Positions 58,305 to 64,000 of a stretch of 64,000 nt of DNA are shown one piece after another. The position numbers and the translations under genes are program-made. The notes below the pieces were generated by a model that saw only the letters and a list, made by a program, of their open reading frames with translations, did not search any database and was not told where the DNA came from. The stretch lies in assembly GCF_009914755.1 (NCBI RefSeq), contig NC_060925.1. The stretch is one strand, 5' to 3'. Every line of letters starts with the position of its first letter. The first letter of the stretch is position 1. This DNA comes from the human T2T-CHM13v2.0 reference genome, Homo sapiens.

Positions 58305-58821
58305 TCATCGTGGTGCCACTGCACTCCAGCCTGAGCAACAGAGTGAGCATGAAAAAAAACAAAGAAAAGAAAACAGTTCTAAGAGGCCCCACTTCCTATT
58401 CTTATACCTTCGGCAAATTCCAAACTTGGCCAGAGATAGAGAGTAGAATTCTAGTTTCCAAGCCCATTGGCCATAATTTTTCAGGACCTTCCCTTTCCCT
58501 GGGGCCAGCAAGCTGGACCTGCCACTGTGTGGTCCTGCCTCTGGCCTGTTGGTTCTGGGCGGGAAGGAGCGTGCTGGGGAGAGGCACTTGCCCAGCCTGG
58601 TTTACTTAGTGCCTGGCCTCCATCCTGACCTCACCCTGTGCCCTGTGCGCAAACGCCTCTTCTCCTTTGGTGACCCTGCCCATGGCATTCTAAGCCAGTC
58701 TATGGTATTGGCTTGCCCTGGGCTCAGACAGGTGGGAGGTGAGCAGAGAAGCTACCCAGCCTGTAGGCCTGACCCCTCTGTGTTCACCTACTCTGCTCTC
58801 AGCCCCACCTTGTCTCTCCAG

Positions 58822-58970
58822 TGCAGATCGGCCTGCCCTCCACCATGCGCATGACAGTGGCTGACGGCACTGTATACATAGCCCAGCAGATGCACTTTCA
58901 CTGGGGAGGTGCGTCCTCGGAGATCAGCGGCTCTGAGCACACCGTGGACGGGATCAGACATGTGATCGAG
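58822..58970 (+). CDS. CA6: Carbonic anhydrase VI coding exon 3 (Zn ligands His111, His113)
   Basis: Acceptor tgtctctccag|TG; encodes (V)[49 protein letters not shown]; donor GAG|gtacc; 149 nt. Confidence 0.97.
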
Positions 58971-58978
58971 GTACCTGA

Positions 58979-59344
<366 letters not shown>

Positions 59345-59438
59345 TAGCCAAGGCCAGGTGCACTGGCTCACGCCTGTAATTCCATCACTTTGGGAGGCCA
59401 AGGCAGGGGAATTGCTTGAGCCCAGGAGTTGTAGATCA

Positions 59439-59675
<237 letters not shown>

Positions 59676-59907
59676 TCATGCTGAAGTTGAGTTTATTTTT
59701 TATTCACTCAGCAACTATTGACAGATCACCACTTTGTGACAGGGGTTCAGGCAAGGTCCTGCCCTCACAGGACTCAGGTTGGCAGGACTTCACAGCCCAC
59801 AGGGTGTGGCAAGCCCTCCTTTGTTTCAGCTGGATTTCTATGTGTTAGATTTTCTTTTTTTTTGTTTCTTGAGACAGAGTTTTGCTCTTTTGCCCAGGCT
59901 GGAGTGA

Positions 59908-60201
<294 letters not shown>

Positions 60202-60594
60202 TGACTACATGTTAACAATGGTTGCCTGGGACAAGGGGCGCAAGCTCACTCTCCCTGCAAAGCCCCCAGACACTCCAGGAGAACCCACTGTCCTCATGTG
60301 ATCCCTTCAGACTCTGCCAGCTTGTCTGCCTGGAGGGAGGTGTGGTCGGGAAATGGCCTCGAACTGCCATCTTCCAGAATCCCACTCTTGCTCTTTCCAT
60401 TCTTGGGGAAGTTTCTGCTCTTGATAGATAGGAATTGCAGCCCAGATGGAGAGAGATGGAGGTCCAAGTTGCTTGTGTGGAACAGTCTGAGGCCTCAGAC
60501 GGAGCACCTTTCTTTCTCTTCCTCCTTCCCTGGAAATCTTAAGCATTTGAATTTCTATGAACTGCCCTTGACCCACTCTACCTTGCTCTTACAG

Positions 60595-60687
60595 ATTCAC
60601 ATTGTTCACTACAATTCTAAATACAAGAGCTATGATATAGCCCAAGATGCGCCGGATGGTTTGGCTGTACTGGCAGCCTTCGTTGAG
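60595..60687 (+). CDS. CA6: Carbonic anhydrase VI coding exon 4 (third Zn ligand His138); gene continues past the window end
   Basis: Acceptor ttgctcttacag|ATT; encodes [31 protein letters not shown]; donor GAG|gtaag; 93 nt; in frame with exons 1-3. Confidence 0.97.
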
Positions 60688-61018
60688 GTAAGCAGAAACT
60701 ACCCATGTGTGTCTGTATTTGAAGTTATAGGTTGATGTCCAAACAAGGTGTGAAGTCTAGTTGAACAGTCTTCTTTATTATCACTCTTCATCTTTTCCTG
60801 AGCTCACAGTTCTTGGAAACATTGACTCGATGGAAGATCACTGTGCTCCTTCCGTGCTGTCAATCTCCGGACCTTGGTTAACGTGGACAAGCTGACTTAA
60901 AAGAGCTGGAATCCCAGAGGGGTTGCGTAGACACAAATTGTTCGAAGGGCAAGGGGAAACCTGCAACTCAGTCAGACAAAGGCAACACCTCTGCATTTCC
61001 TTTTTTTTTTTTTTTTGA

Positions 61019-61609
<591 letters not shown>

Positions 61610-61934
61610 CTATCTCAAAAAAAAAAAAAAAAAAAGCTGGGCGCGATGGCTCATGCCTGTAATCCCAGCACTTTGGGAGGCTGAGGCAGATGGATCACCT
61701 GAGGTCAGGAATTCAAGACCAGCCTGACCAACATGGGGAAACCCCATCTCTACTAAAAATACAAAAGTAGCCAGGCGTGGTGACGCACGCCTGTAATCCC
61801 AGCTACTTAGGAGGCTGAGGCAGGAGAACTACTCGAACCCAAGAGGCAGAGGCTGCAGTGAGCCAAGATAATGCCACTACACTCCAGCCTGGATGACAGA
61901 GCGAGACTCCGTCTCAAAAAAAAAAAAAAAGTCG

Positions 61935-62427
61935 GGCATGCAAAGAAATAGGAAAATGTAATCCATATTTAGGAGGAAAAAATAACTCAAAACAATCTAT
62001 AGAAACTGACCTGAGTGGACCCAGAGTGATTAAGCAGACAGGACTTTAAAACAACTATCAATGCTGTGGCTGGGAGAAAAATTAAAAAAAAAAAACAACT
62101 ATCATAAATGTTTGAAGAATGAAAGGAAACTATGTTCAAAGAATTGAAGGAAAATATGATGACAATGACTCAAAAAAGGAATCTCAATGGAGAAATAGAA
62201 ACTTTAAAGATGCACCAAATGGAAAGTCTAGAGTTGAAAAGTACAATAAACAAAATGGAAAAAGAATCACTAGATGGGCCCAAAGCAGATCTGAGGCAGC
62301 AGAAGAAAAAAAGAATCAGTGCATTTGAAGATAGAGCAATGAAATTATCCAATCTGAAAAACAGAGAAAAAAGACAGAAGAAAAATGAACAGCCTTGCAG
62401 ACTCATGGGGACAAAATCAAGTATAGC

Positions 62428-62479
<52 letters not shown>

Positions 62480-63370
62480 ATGGGAGTCCCAGAAGGAAAG
62501 GAGAGAGAGAAAGTGGAAGAAAAACACGAAACAAAACAAAACAATGGCCCAAAAGCCTCAAATCTGAGGAAAAACATAAATTTATCAATCCAAGAAACTA
62601 AAAATACCCCAAGTCTGATAAATAAACCCCAAGTCTAGATACATCAAAAATCAAACTGTTGAAAGCAGCAAGAGAAAAGGGATTTATTATATGTAGGGGA
62701 ATGACAGTACAATTAATGGCTGACTTTTCAAGTCATCAGAACACAGTGGAATGACTGTCAATCAAGAATTCTATATCCAATAAACCACCCTTCAAAAATG
62801 AAGGTGAAACAACACATTCCCAGATATACGAAAACCAGTATAATTGCTAGCCGGTCTATCTTACAAGTCATATATAAGGATGCTTTTCTGGCTGAAAGAA
62901 AATAATACCAGACGGTTAACTCTGATCCACAGAAAGAAGTGAAGAGTACTGGAAATGGAGAATAGAAAAGACTACATACATATATTTTTTGTGTTTTCTT
63001 CTTTTAATTTCTTTTTAAAAACCATCAAGATTATTTAAAGCAATGACTATACCACTGACTTATAATATATGTAGATATAATGCATATGACAAAAATAGAA
63101 GGATGAGGATGAAATAGAGCTCTTTTGAAGCAAAGTTGCTATATTTTACTGAAATTAAGTTAATATTAACCTGACATAGATTGTGATTGAGTTGTATATG
63201 GTAATCATTTGAGCAACCACTAAGAAAATAACTAAAAATGATTAAATGGTAAATGAGAAGTATTTGCTTAACACAAAAGAAGGCAGTAAAGGTGGACCAA
63301 TGCAACAAAAAAGGCACGAGACATCTAGAAAACAAATAGCAAATGCAGTCATAAAGCCAAGAAAGCCAAA
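61935..63370 (+). mobile_element. Old L1M ORF1 region in CA6 intron 4
   Basis: A-rich; translates MFKELKENM..LELKSTINKM..RISAFEDR..IMGVPEG, typical of the L1 ORF1 coiled coil. Confidence 0.8.
62429..62478. repeat. (CA)n(TA)n microsatellite
   Basis: About 20 CA units followed by a TA run. Confidence 0.95.
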
Positions 63371-63580
63371 TTTATGCACAGTGAAAGAGATCAACACCAC
63401 TTGACTGAAAAGAGCCATTGAAAATAGACCTTTTTCACCCAAAGCAACTTTTCTGACTGTTAAAGTCAATACTCATTCAGAAAGAGTGACCTGGTGTTGG
63501 GGGAATTGTAGTCGTTCTGCCTTGGACATCTGGCTCTCTGTCGGAAGTCCTGAGGATGAAGAAGGGAACTTGTGAGATCA

Positions 63581-63975
<395 letters not shown>

Positions 63976-64000
63976 TTAGAGTAAGAGTTGGCCATTTCTG

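Noticed and set aside
62132-62638. 168-aa charged ORF with HTHT repeat
   Set aside because: Degenerate L1 ORF1 plus a CA microsatellite

Overview
Primate, almost certainly human, genomic DNA: it carries an SVA and a near-consensus AluYa-type element. The window holds about 47 kb of repeat-saturated upstream sequence and coding exons 1-4 of CA6 (secreted salivary carbonic anhydrase VI, gustin) on the + strand; the gene runs off the 3' end. This haplotype encodes Gly90. I count roughly 90 Alu copies or fragments by eye, and almost all ORF-track entries are Alu or LTR artefacts. I see no new protein-coding system. The notable content is unusual retrotransposition and repair products: (1) an HERV-K(HML-3)/MER9 transcript fused to a spliced ZNF271/Zfp35-like zinc-finger mRNA, with an apparent 5' inversion; (2) an SVA with a weakened polyA signal and a 3'-transduced MER41 LTR fragment; (3) a two-LTR tRNA-Phe-primed (HERV-F/Fc-like) provirus integrated inside an Alu, lacking integrase and containing a tail-less Alu; (4) an MT-CO2 NUMT; (5) a template-switch-like local insertion upstream of CA6. 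Repeat family names and consensus comparisons are from memory and need Dfam/RepeatMasker confirmation.
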